In this document: positions 1-11,969 of the stretch, one piece after another
How positions within the stretch are numbered: position 1 is the first letter of the stretch
Layout: each line of letters opens with the position of its first letter
Assembly: GCF_009914755.1 (NCBI RefSeq)
Contig: NC_060935.1
DNA: 64,000 nt
DNA from: the human T2T-CHM13v2.0 reference genome, Homo sapiens
Strand: one strand, 5' to 3'
The notes under the pieces: generated by a model
Databases searched by the model: none
Seen by the model: only the letters and a program-made list of their open reading frames with translations
Told to the model about the DNA's origin: nothing
Translations under genes and position numbers: made by a program

Positions 1-1370
1 TCTTTTATACTTTTCTTCCTTATGGCTGGCTAATTACATTAGTACTATTTATTAAGTGATTCCACTACTGAAACATAAATCTCTATTTTGTCATATAACA
101 TGTTTATATATTTTTGTATCTATTTCTGTATTTGTTTCTAGTCTTTTCTCATGCTATTTCATTGTTTTTGTGATAAATTTTAATATCTAATAAAGCAAAT
201 CACCCTTCACCAAGGGGAGAGTTCACCATTGTACATTATGCAATATATGTACATTATGCAATGTATGCAATTGCATACATTGTACATTATGCAATGTACA
301 CAATTGCATAATGTACAACCTAAGAAAGTTTTTCTTACTTTCCTTTTTCTTATAAATTTAAGAACTATATGAACATCAAGTAATTTTTCCAGTTCCCCAC
401 CAACTACCCCAACTAACTATTGCAATTGTGATTGTTGTTGGAGGAGCTTTTTTAGACAATTGTGGAAGGATTAATTTTTTTGTGATACTAAATCTTTTCA
501 TCTACAAATATGCTCTTTTTTTTTCACTTTTTTCAGTTTTTGTTCTATGCCATCTGGCAAAATTTTATTGTTTTCCTGTGGTAAACTATGTGATTTTCCA
601 TTAAGTTTACCCTTAAGTATTTTATACTATTTGTGAAGAATATTAAATTATTTTTCCATTTCTATTTCTGAGCATTATTATTTTGTTATTGCTTTTTATT
701 TATATTCTTGATTTCCAAATATGTCACACTGTTCTTTAAAACCTGTTTTTTTGTGTGTGTGGGGGTGTTATTTGTTTTTGTGTTTTTTCAAAGTCTCTTG
801 GATTTTCTAAACACGTAATACTGTACTCTACAAACAAAGTAATTTGCTGCTTCTTTGCCAATATTTATATGGGTTTTTAGTTTCTTGCCTTATTGCATAA
901 TGTACAACCTAAGAAAACAATATCAACTAACAAAAATAATAGTTCTATTCTTGTCTCATTCCTGATTTTAATGAAATAGCTATAACAACTTACATCTGAA
1001 TTACATTTGATTCTGTCTTTACAGGTTTAGAGCATTTTCCTCTTGTTCCTACATTCATAGAACTTATATTTAGAATGGAGGGTAAATTTTATCTTATTTC
1101 ATTTTTGTCTTTTTTTTTGGCAATTTATATAGTCATGAAATTTTTCCTCCTTTAATTTATTACACTAAAAGATCTTCCGATCAAAGCCATTCTGGCCTTT
1201 CTAAAACAAACTGTTCATGTTCACATCCTTTTGATATACTACCGAATATTTTATTCAGAATTTTTGTATCTGTATTCATAAGGGAATATGGGCAATAATT
1301 CTCTTTTTGTTATTTCCTTGCCAGATTTGGCATTAGGAGCTTTTCATCTGTTACCAAAGTCTAGTATTAA
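1..1370. repeat. Intronic segment paralogous to 62754-64000 (GLYATL1 tandem duplication unit; AT-rich, old L1-derived)
   Basis: Colinear similarity by eye, e.g. tcttccttatggctggctaatt near 14 and 62768, and ttttcatctgttaccaaagtcta near 1341 and 63969. Confidence 0.95.
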
Positions 1371-1431
1371 AGTTATGTGTTTGTTTTTGGCTTATGTAGA
1401 ATTTAAATATAAAATAATCTGATTTTGGCTA

Positions 1432-2046
1432 CTTTTTATTTTTTAATTTCAACTTTCCTTTTAGATACAGGGGTTACATGTGCAGATTTGTTACATGGGA
1501 ATATTACACGTTGATGAGTCTTGGAGTACGGACAGATCTCATCACCCTGGTAGTGAGCATATACCCAATAGTTAGTTTTCTAACCCAGCCCCTTTCCCTC
1601 CACCCTCTAGTAGTCCACAGTGTCTATTGTTCCTACATTTATGTCCATGTATGGTCAAAGCTTAGTTCCCAGTTATGAGTGAGAACATGTGATATTTAGT
1701 TTTCTGTTACAGCATTAATTTGCTTAGGATTATTGCACTGTGGAAAGTAGTCTGGAAATTTCTTAGAGAACTTAAAACAGAGTTACCATTTAACCCAGCA
1801 ATGCCATTACTAGGTAAATAGCCAAAAGAAAATGACTCAATCTACCAAAATGACACATCCTGTTGTATGTTCATTGCTGCACTGTTCACAATAGGAAAGA
1901 AATGAAATCAACCGAGGTGCCCATCAATAGTAGATTGGATTAAAAAAATACTTGGTACATATATTCCTATGGAATACCATGCAGCAATAGAAAAGAATAA
2001 AATATTGTTCTTTGTAGCAATATGGATGGAGCAGGAGGCCATAATA
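1432..2046 (-). mobile_element. 5'-truncated, 5'-inverted L1 (older primate L1PA/L1PB) 3' end
   Basis: T-rich tail then antisense L1 3'UTR to ~1735, followed by a sense L1 piece (cactgtggaaag...ggaggccataat). Confidence 0.85.
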
Positions 2047-3711
2047 CTTGTCCACTTTTTAAAGGGTAGATATTTCATTTAATTTCCAATATTTTCTATT
2101 AGTTTGTTGAGGTTTTCTGTTTTTTTGAAAGTCAATTTTGATAGTTTATTCTTGAGGGATAACATCCATTTCTTTTATCAGTAAATATGTTGCCTTGGAG
2201 TAGTGTATAATCTTCTATTATAATTATTTTTTTCTTTTCTCTGTTTCTGTTCTCATCTCTCATACTCTGTGCTTATTTTTTTATTTTTGCTTTTTCCTTT
2301 TTCTCTTGTATTTCCTTAAAATGACTTACCAGAAGTATGTCCCTCTCTCTCTTCTTCTCTCTCTCTTTTGCCATTTAAAAATGAACTTTTGGCTTTATAT
2401 ATCCTTTGCACTATGTCTTGTTCTCCATTTCATTATTTATAGCTTTCATTTTTATAAATAGCTCCATTTGTTTTTTACTAGTTTACTTTGATATTCTTTT
2501 TATAATTCTTTGAATATTTACTTGGCCATTTTCGGTCACTCCTTTAAAATTGAGTCTTTTAAAACATCTACTCTTTTAAATTCACTGAGATTTTGGTTTT
2601 GGCCATATTCAGGAACTTGCATTTATAAAAGCACCCTCAAATTCTTGAAGGTTTCTTTAAAATTAGTTACACCATTTTTTCTTTTACTCTTTAACAACAC
2701 AATTTCCAACATAATATTAATACATTCACTGCTAAACCTCTCACACTTATTGTTTATATTTCCCCTGAGAAACACATACTGATCTTGCCATGAAGTTTGT
2801 GGCTTACCAGAATGGGATCACAAGTCTCTTTCTTTCAAACCCATGAGTCTAACACTACATAAATTACCCAGAATGCTACCAAAAATTTAGTTACTTTGTT
2901 CTATTTTGTGGGCTTCTGGCTGTAAAGACATTGTCACTATTTGAGTAGGCTGATATCCTGTAGCCTTGGGAAAAGGCAATGTCTCATTAATGTTGGTATT
3001 CACTAAAGTATCTTGCCCAAGCCCTGGATGGACAGATCCCATCACACTGGTAGTGAGCATAGTACCCAATAAGTAGTTTTCTAACCCAGCCCCTTTCCCT
3101 CCACCCTCTAGGACACTACAGATTCTAGGTGTCTGGTGAAACAGTAGGCACTAAAAATTAGAGAAATCACAGTTAAATTTACTTTGAGCCAAGTTTAAAA
3201 ATTTAATCCTAGCAACACAGACTCAGTATAACCCAGAATGTGTCCCACAGGAGGTTACGTGGGGCACAGTATATATAACAGGGGATATGTGTGGCCCAAG
3301 AGGTGAGAGAAGCAGGGAGAGAAGCAATTGTTGCAATCTTGATTGTGCTGGGTGCTCGGTGATGCTGTATATAAAATAAGGTAAATGTGCAGTTGAGTGG
3401 GTAGAAAGAAAGGTGAGGCATCTTAAGGCCTGGTGGAGGGTGACTAATTTCATCCTGTCTTTGTTCTTTATCTAATAAGTAGGTTTATAACCAGTATCTG
3501 TCAGTGAAACATTTAACAAACTCCAGTTACACAGGCAAGTGGTCAGCAGTAGCTTATAGGCCTAGGTTTTATTATCCATGTGCCCAACTGCAGCCATCGT
3601 AGGCCACTGTTAAAATTTTCTTTTGAATTTTCATTTTTCTGATAATTGCAATCAGTGGGAGGTGAAGAAAAAGTTCAAGGGAATGATCTGATCTTTCACC
3701 ATCCTATACAG

Positions 3712-3829
3712 GATATGACTGACAACATGGATTCTTACACAAATGTATATCATATATTCTCCAAAGCTCCTCAAAAATCACAAGAAGTTTTGAAAAATTG
3801 TGAAATCATAAACTGGAAACAGATACTCC
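3712..3829 (+). pseudogene. GLYATL1P2: GLYATL1-like pseudogene exon (DMTDNMDSYTNVYHIFSKAPQKSQEVLKNCEIINWKQIL); 3' end and donor missing
   Basis: Acceptor cag at 3709-3711; peptide matches the recalled GLYATL1 exon EMTDDMDSYTNVY...NWKQRLQIQG; no GT donor at the expected position. Symbol inferred from position upstream of GLYATL1. Confidence 0.85.
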
Positions 3830-4156
3830 CTTGGAGGAGTCTGAAGAAATGGGCTAGCAGTAGTGCTTCTCAAATTGAGTCTTCAGCTAATACCATTAGC
3901 ATCCATTCATTCATTCATTAGTTGAATTAGCATTCAACTAATACCATTAGCAATATCATTACATTGGGAATGTAAATTCACAGAAACTCTGGGGGATGGG
4001 AGAGGTAGAACAATCTGTGGTGTGACAAGGACTCCATCTGATTGTGGTGTAAACTCAAGTCTGAGAATTATTAAGCATTGATGATTAATCATGTGGGAGC
4101 AGTGTAAGTCGAGAACATCACGTCTGACAATATTGCTTTCTTGCCTTTCTTCCCAG

Positions 4157-4334
4157 GTCTTCAAGAAAGTTTAGGTGAGGGGATAAGAGCAGCTGCATTT
4201 TCAAAGTCAGTGAAGGTAGAGCATTCAAGAGCATTCCTCTGTATTATGGAAGATATCCTGAAGCTCAATGCCTGCAATAAAAGCAAGCTTGGAAGTAGGG
4301 ATGAGATAGGCCACCCAGATGATGAATTTGAGAG
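4157..4334 (+). pseudogene. GLYATL1P2: GLYATL1-like pseudogene exon (LQESLGEGIRAAAFSKSVKVEHSRA...GHPDDEFE)
   Basis: tcccag acceptor, 178-nt open exon, ag|gtacaa donor; strong similarity to GLYATL1. Confidence 0.9.
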
Positions 4335-4537
4335 GTACAAAAACAGGTGCTTATCATTTATAATTGCTATTCCTTGTACTTTTTTGTAATTCACATTAAT
4401 CAGTTTTGGAATAAAGAGAGGATGAATTCCTTTCTTGTGATGAATAAAGGTTGTCAATGGTCAAAATACGCAACTTTGCAATGGTAGGTCTTCAAACAAG
4501 AGGAGTGCCTGGGATCTCTTCTTTTTGTTTTCTATAG

Positions 4538-4955
4538 TAAAACTCCCAACTTTAAATATGCCAAGCTGGGTGTCTCTTATTCTGGGCTGGTAAATGACAA
4601 CTGGAGGCGAGGGAAGAATGAGAGGAGCCTTCCTTACATCAAGCGCTGCATAGGAGCCATGCCAGCAGCCTGTATCCTGGGTCCACAGGGGGCCCTGGTC
4701 TCATGGATAACCATGGACTCTTCTTGTGAAGTAGGAATGGCCTACAGCATGAAAAAATACCGAAGGAGAGGCAACATAACATAGGTGAACATGAGATTCA
4801 CGAAATATCTGCGTCATAAGAATATTCCATTTTACCTCTCTGTGCTGGAGGTAAATAAAGGCACCCACACATTTCTGGTGAAGGTCGGTTCCTTTGTGGC
4901 CACCTGTGAGTGGCACCAATGGACCTGCTACCCACAGAATCTAGTTCCATTTTAG
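4538..4955 (+). pseudogene. GLYATL1P2: GLYATL1-like pseudogene terminal coding exon (KTPNFKYAKLGVSYSGLVNDNW...EWHQWTCYPQNLVPF*) with in-frame TAG at 4782-4784
   Basis: Pyrimidine tract plus tag acceptor; hand translation gives the GLYATL1-type C-terminus; premature stop in the same frame as the terminal TAG at 4953-4955. Confidence 0.92.
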
Positions 4956-5315
4956 ACAATGAAGGTGCTTTTCAATCTTGGGCAAGCCATCTCTTAATAT
5001 TAAAGCAGACACCACTGAATAGCTTTCTTCACTTACAAATGTTGATTGAGCATTTATTATATGCCAGGAACTATTCTCACATGGAGACTTGATGTTAAAA
5101 AACACAGCCATGCTATTGAGGAACTTACAATCCAGGCTGGAGGTGGGAAGCAGGGGATATAGTCTTTAAATATGCATAAGTGTTGTAGGGAAGGAAGGGG
5201 TTACCAGTAAACATGTAACTAGAAAGCCAGGCTCAGTTCTTACCTCTGGGAATCAGAACTCTTTATGAAACTTGGATGATAGAATCTACTATCTGGAAGA
5301 TAAATGAAGGACTTT

Positions 5316-5333
5316 AATAAAATTGTCAATAAA
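5316..5333 (+). terminator. Tandem AATAAA polyadenylation signals in the pseudogene 3'UTR
   Basis: AATAAA at 5316-5321 and 5328-5333, about 360 nt after the stop. Confidence 0.5.
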
Positions 5334-6859
5334 GTACACCTAATCTATATGGATACTTTATTTTAAATAAATACCCCTGTTTATGGATTTATGAGGCAAT
5401 GGCTCATAAATGGAATCAGCCTCTTATTTTAGTGACTAGCTAGGTATTAAAGTTAAAGCCTAAGACAAATGGCTTTCCTAGGCTACCTTTCATCATTGTT
5501 ATGCAGAAAAGAATCTCCAGAGAATCAAGTGGGCTGGCCTTGTGGCCTCTGCTATGGAAATGTCACTTGTTGTGCCTCCTTTCTCCTACTCTTTCTTACT
5601 TCCTCGTCATTAGTGAAGCACAGCACAGGGCAAGGTGTTGCCTGCGAGTATGGTTATAAGTTCAGCGCTTGGTGTTTGCAGCACTGCTATCTTAAGGGGT
5701 CAGGGGCATTCCTGGGAGAAGTGACTACTAAGGTGAGGACTGGAGAGTGAGTAGGAGTGAGCCAGATAAAAAAAGCAGAAAATTCAGATGATGGAAAGGA
5801 CACGTGCCAAGCACTATCATAAGAACTTTCTAATTAAATACTTATATTACAATTCTGAATCCCTGATCTTAAAAAAGAATTACACTTCACGAACAAAATG
5901 TGGCTTCCTTTGGCTCTGCTCTGTCACCCTGCCATTGGAACTTGGATTACTGTGAACATTGCAGCTATAGCCAAAAAAAAAAAAAAAAAAAAAGCATTTT
6001 CATTCTTTCTGATAGTCTAGATTTAAAAAAACAAAGGAAATCTTAATGGAGTTGGCTTTGGGAGTAAAGTCTACCAGTATTAACCAACACCTATCCTCAT
6101 CTCTCCATAAAAAGTAAGCCTCCACAAAATTGAATGTTTATATTTGATGTGATTTTAAAGTGTGCAGTTCCAGCAATTAAGGAATTGTGTAGGTCATGGA
6201 GCTTTAAAAAAAACTCCAATTCATCTTAGAAGGCTGTGGTAGATCTGTTACATCTTAGTATGAATTGGACAAATCAGATTTCTAAACTAAGACCTGGCTG
6301 ATTTGGTACATTGACTGAAATGAAAGCATGGTCTGAAAAAGAGAAGAAACATGTCATTTGGAATTTCAAAGGGTGGAAAATTCTTACGTAAAAAATAAAC
6401 TCGGGAACTTGGGGTAATGTGAAAACAGCTATATTTTTCACTCAACATGCAAAAGCTAATACAGATGACAAAAGAAGACAAAGCGAATAAAATTTGCCTG
6501 TTTCAAAATGGTGCCTCGGGCAGGTCCTGTATCCAGAAGAGGATGTTCATCCAGGGTGTGGGACTCAGGTCATCTTAGCACTGTCCACCTGGCAGCTTCC
6601 CTCCTCTGTCCCTTCCCTGAATGCAAGCCAGCTTCCCTTACGTAGCACTTCATGGCCCTGTTACGATAGTGATTCCCAAACCTTAACATGCACTTGGATT
6701 AGAAAAACAACAAGAAAGCGTGGGAAAGAGGAAGGAGGATTTCTTAAATAGAGCACAAGGTAAGTCCAAAATTATCAGTAAACACAATACAAATGAATGG
6801 GGTAATTTTCTTATTAAAATATATGTTTTTCACATTGAGTTAAAAACAAAGTCCAAGAA

Positions 6860-7030
6860 GTATGCATTAATCTGGCCATCATAAAAAATTTCATAGACTG
6901 AGTGGCTTACACAACAGAAATTGATTTCTCACTTTTCTGGAACCTGGGAAGGGACATGACAAAGATCTAGCAAGGTAAGTTTCCTTCTCATTCCTCTTTT
7001 CTCAGCTTGTTGATGGCTGCAATCTCAGAG
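6860..7030. mobile_element. MLT1-type (ERVL-MaLR) LTR fragment
   Basis: catagactgagtggcttacacaacagaaattgatttctcac motif typical of MLT1. Confidence 0.6.
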
Positions 7031-7105
7031 TGCTGGCATCTTGTCTCTAAGTCTAGAGGCTCCTGGTCCCCATCATGATCATCACCTATCAGGGGCCAGC
7101 ACTGC

Positions 7106-8022
7106 TGATATAGAAGCTAAAAAGAAATCATTTAGGCAGTTAATGTGGGTAAGGGAGTTTTCGGTAAGATTTTTCTTTTAATAAAAAACCAGCCCCCATA
7201 TAATTCATTTTCTAACCTAAATCAGCCTGAAAAATCAAGCCTCAAGCATAGATAAGCAAGCCAAAACTTGCATAAGTAAATGCCGGCACCTATGCCAATA
7301 GAAAAGGGATACCTGGAAGCCAGGCATATTCAACATGGAGGTTTCCTCTTTTTTTTTTTTTTGAAGGAGTCTGGCTCTGTCACCCAGGCTGGAATGCAGT
7401 GGCACGATCTCGGCTCACTGCAGACTCTGCCTCCCAGGTTCAAGCAATTCTTTGCCTCAGCCTCCTGAGTAGCTGGGATTACAGGCGCCCACCACCACGC
7501 CTGGCTAATTTGTTTCATATTTTTTTAGTAGGATGGGGTTTCACCAACTTGGCCAGGCTTGTCTTGAACTTCTGACCTTGTGATCCACCCTCCGCGGCCT
7601 CCGAAAGTGCAAGTATTACAGGCATGAGCTACCGCACCTGGCCTCCTCTTTTCTTTTCTGTCTTCACCTGTGCAGGCGACATGGCACCTGCCAGGTAGAG
7701 ACCCCATCTGCATAATAAAAGTTTGGGGTGGAATGGCCAGCCTCTTCATGCATCACCTAAATGGCACACCTGGCACAACCAATCCTCTGAGCCCTATGTA
7801 AATCAGACACTGCCTCCTCAAGCTCATCTATAAAACTAACCGCAACTCGCCCCAAACCCGGAAACCTGCTCAGATACCCTTTCAATGCACGAGGAAACTC
7901 TTCATTCTTTTGCCTATTAAACTTCCACTCTTAAACCCACTCCTTTTGCGTCCACATCTTCAATTTCCATAGTGTGAGACAACAAACTTCTGACATTTCC
8001 CTAGACAAATGATGCTGCTTCC
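7106..8022 (+). mobile_element. ERV1 solo LTR (LTR9-like), interrupted by an Alu
   Basis: Starts tgatatagaagctaaaaagaaatcatttaggcag; TATA (ctataaaa ~7827) and attaaa ~7916; 4-bp TSD ctgc at 7102-7105 and 8023-8026. Confidence 0.7.
7349..7643 (-). mobile_element. AluS (Sc/Sg-like) nested in the LTR
   Basis: Full antisense Alu; TSD tcctctttt at 7344 and 7644. Confidence 0.95.
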
Positions 8023-10043
8023 CTGCCATCTCTAGCCCAAGTGCCAAATGGCATCTTGTCACTTTAGCCTGATGAATGCCACGGCTGCCACCATGCTGCT
8101 TAGGACAAACAAGGACACAAAGATGGAGTAGGGACGGGTTTATTAGAGAGGCTGCAATAAAAGCATATCCTAGGCAACTTTCCACTTCTTAACTTCTGTG
8201 TTTTCAAACTTAAACGTGTTTGTTTTGTTTTGTTTTGTTTTTATTTTAACAGTTTCTATTTTGGCCCAGACTGCTCTTTGTTTTCCTGCTATGACATATT
8301 TACTGTTTTTTCTAAAGTCTTTTCCAACGTTTCATATAGGAATTAAGAAGACAGATATGTGTTTGGTCCACACCTTGATCCCCTCTCCACCTAGAATTCT
8401 CTTTACTCTTTCTCCAAGGAAGATTCCACCTCCTGTTCTGCCAGTTCCCTCATATTTGCCTCATACAGTTGCCCTTGTAGGCAGATGAACCCGGGCCAGT
8501 TTTACTTTACTATGGACACTAACTCCTCTGAAATAACATCTGAGTCTTGGGATTTGCATATGAAACTTCCCTTGACACAGCAAACAGTCTTTCCTTTTAC
8601 CTTCAGTAAAGGCATCCACTTGGGAGAATGGACAGCACTAAAATTCCACAGATTTCAAAACCAAACCTGCTGTGCCTTTCTAGAGTCCTTGGAATGAAGA
8701 AGAGAAAGTAGGTTAGAAGGGATGATTTCCTCCTTCCTTCCTCACCCTGAAGGAGCTCCCATTTTTAAAGGAAAAAATTGGGGACAGTCCAAAAGAAACT
8801 CTTATAAATCAAGCCTTGCCATGCCACCATGAGAAGGGTAACCTGCATGCCCAGGGGTGAAATTTTTATATTTTTGTAATGATGTCCAAGGTCACCCCTG
8901 TGGATAACAAAAATATTTAAAAACCTATAAGGGTGCCAACCTTTTAGAACTGTGTGTCTTCACAAGGACCTACCAAGGCCTAGAGATCACAGCACCCCAC
9001 TAGCAGCCATCTCCAAAGGCTTCCCACCTGCCCCAACCAACACACACACGGACGCACACACACACATAAATGCACACACACACACATCCTCCTGCTATCC
9101 TTTGGCCCTAGATCTCACCTAACTTTATTCTAAATCTTGATCTCCCTGTGCCCCCAAACTCATGTGTTATAGGGCCTTGGTAATCCCTTTGTAAGCATAT
9201 TCCCTGACTTCATAAAAACTATTTATGAAACATATATCTAAGGTAAAACTTTTCATTTCATGCTAGATCAGCACTCTTCTTATTACAGTTACAAACACTG
9301 AACTTTTTAGTTGCTTGGAAAATATATTGAAAAGGAATTATTATTCTTGTATAGCCATAGATTATCCCTGGAAAAGTATTGATTGCCTAGAAAATGAGTG
9401 AAAATTGTTTCCCCATATACATTTTTTTCTTTTGAAAAGGATATCCTGTATATATTCAAGAGATACTGCTTTTTAAAAGAGGAAATTGCCTCCACTATGG
9501 AGTCTTATTAATTCACTTATCCATCAAGTTCTCTTATTAACTTAATTATCCATAATATTCCCTTAGTAATTTTTATTCAATCACTAGTATTTGTTTCTAA
9601 TGCTCATAATTGAACACAAATTTCTTTACTATTATATAAAATAAAGTACCAGTTATTCTCCATTTTCTCCTGTACCCCAATAAGACGACATCTTCCAATA
9701 GATTCATTTCCCTGTTCTGCTGCCTCCTCACATCCAGATGAGTGTGCTAAGTGAGACAAATGTTTTTATTCTTCTACCATTCATCCCCCTGAGACCAATC
9801 TCTGGCTGTTTTAGTTCCAGATGGTCAGAATTTCCCTTGCAGTGTGTCTCTTCTATTTAAAGAACCCTTCTTTAAAGCTTTTATTACACTTCCTGGAGAG
9901 CCTAACATTGTCCATTTAGAGTTAACTTTCTACATAAAATTGGCCAGATTGTTTTTAACTCACTATTGTTTCCTCTTTTTTTTTTTTATCTGCTCTTATC
10001 TGAGATCTCTGTTCCTATTTGATTAGTTAAAATTCTTTCTCTA

Positions 10044-10340
10044 GGCCGGGTGCAGTGACTGACGCCTGTAATCCCAGCACTTTCGGAGACCGAGGCGGGC
10101 AGATCACGAAGGTCAGGAGATCGAGACCATCCTGGCTAACACTGGGAAACCCCGTCTCTACTAAAAATACAAAAAATTAGCCGGGCATTGTGGGATGCCT
10201 GTAGTCCCAGTTACTCCGGAGGCTCAGGCAGGAGAATGGCGTGAACCTGGGAGGTGGAGCTTGCAGTGAGCCGAGATCGCGCCACTGCACTTCAACCTGG
10301 GCGACAGTGCAAGACTCCATCTTAAAAAAAATAAAATAAA
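10044..10340 (+). mobile_element. AluY
   Basis: gagatcgagaccatcctggctaac and gagaatggcgtgaacc diagnostics; TSD taaaattctttctc. Confidence 0.95.
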
Positions 10341-11969
10341 ATTCTTTCTCCAATATTTCCTGGATGTAAATATGCTACTGATATAATATGTGAAGACTTT
10401 CAAAACCACAAATATATTTATTTGACCCTCAGAAGAATATAATTTCTGCAGCCTTATAAATACACAAATATTTTTTCTTTTACACTCAGGGGACTGATGC
10501 CCTATGAATCCACATTTTAGGATGACCAAATTTAATTTTTTCCATTTTATACATAAGGAAACTGAGGTGCAAAGAAAGAAGGTAACCTTGAACCTTCATT
10601 CAAGGTCACAAAGCTAATAAGAAGTGGATGACTAGCGATGAGGGCTTCAGGTTGAGATTAACAACCAAAATCACAGGATATAATAGGGTTCAACCCAACT
10701 TCAAGTTCATAAAATGAATGGACATTCCCTGATCTTCCCTCCACTCCCACCCCCACCTCAGGGGATTTCAGGATGTACAGGGCAAAGCTGTCTCCCTCCA
10801 CTCCCAACCGTTTCTCAGGCAGTGTGGGGTGTTAAGAACTCCTCACTGCCCCTCTTGAAGCTTACATTCTGGAGCAGGGAGGCAGAAACTAAACCAAAAA
10901 TTAAAAAAACAAAAACAGTAAACATATTTCCTATAAACTCAGGTGTAGTATATGAAAAACAACACATGATTTGACGACAGAAGATGATGGAGGGAGAAAG
11001 AACAACAAATAAATAGGAAAAGAGGCCTCAGATACGAGCAGACAAAAAGGAGAGGAAACAGGAAGGGGTTAGGACGGGCCTCCACAAAAGACTGGCATTT
11101 GACAGACAGCTGCAGAAAGAAGGAATAGAGCCAAGCACATACCAGCGGGTTAGGGTTGCAGTCTGAGAAAGCACTCCAGGAATCACCCAAGATGGTCCAC
11201 TAGGGTGAACAAAGGACATACTTGAACCAGCATTTAGATTCATCTTCATCTAAAAAATAAGAAATTAAGTGTGCCTAATATTTATTTAACATGTTAATTA
11301 CAACAGAATATATATATATACACACACATACATATATAGTTGATGCTCAATTTGTTAAAAATTTGGTATGTAAAATTAAAGCTCAGAGATTACTCTTGCG
11401 TACGGCAATAAGCTCCTGAAAGGCAAGGATAGATTTCACCCCTCTCTGTATTTTCAGAGTCCATCGAATTGTGTGGAACAAAATAGGTATCAGTAGTATT
11501 TTGGGGGGTGGGGGGAGATCGAAACCATGCGGAGCACCGGAATTCTGTGTAAATCATTTAAAAAAACCTCCTCTGCTTTACAGCAGAGTCCCTTTTCTTT
11601 TGTATTTTTAGTTGCAACTAGCCCCATGCCTTGTAGATGACCCCTAAGAAATGAATGAGTGAATGAACGCGTGGACAGCAGGATGGATCAGTGAGTGAGG
11701 AGCAGTGATTCGCAGGACCTGCATGCATTGAAATCCTGACAAAGCAGCCTCTGCAAAATAAGAGACCTTAGGCTTTGGTGTCTGACAGAAGATAAAATTA
11801 TTCAAGGGCTGTCCTTGGGCAACTTAGTTGAGGTTTCCTAATCTATGAAACAGAAAATGATTAAATAGAAAGACGATTGCGAAAAAACCTATGGAAGGTG
11901 CGAAAGCAGGATGCCTGGCATTGAGAGACGCTTCACACCTGTTATCTCTCTCCCTATTCTCTCTCCACT

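Noticed and set aside
4161-4457. 98-aa antisense ORF
   Set aside because: Shadow frame opposite the pseudogene exon with no independent support.
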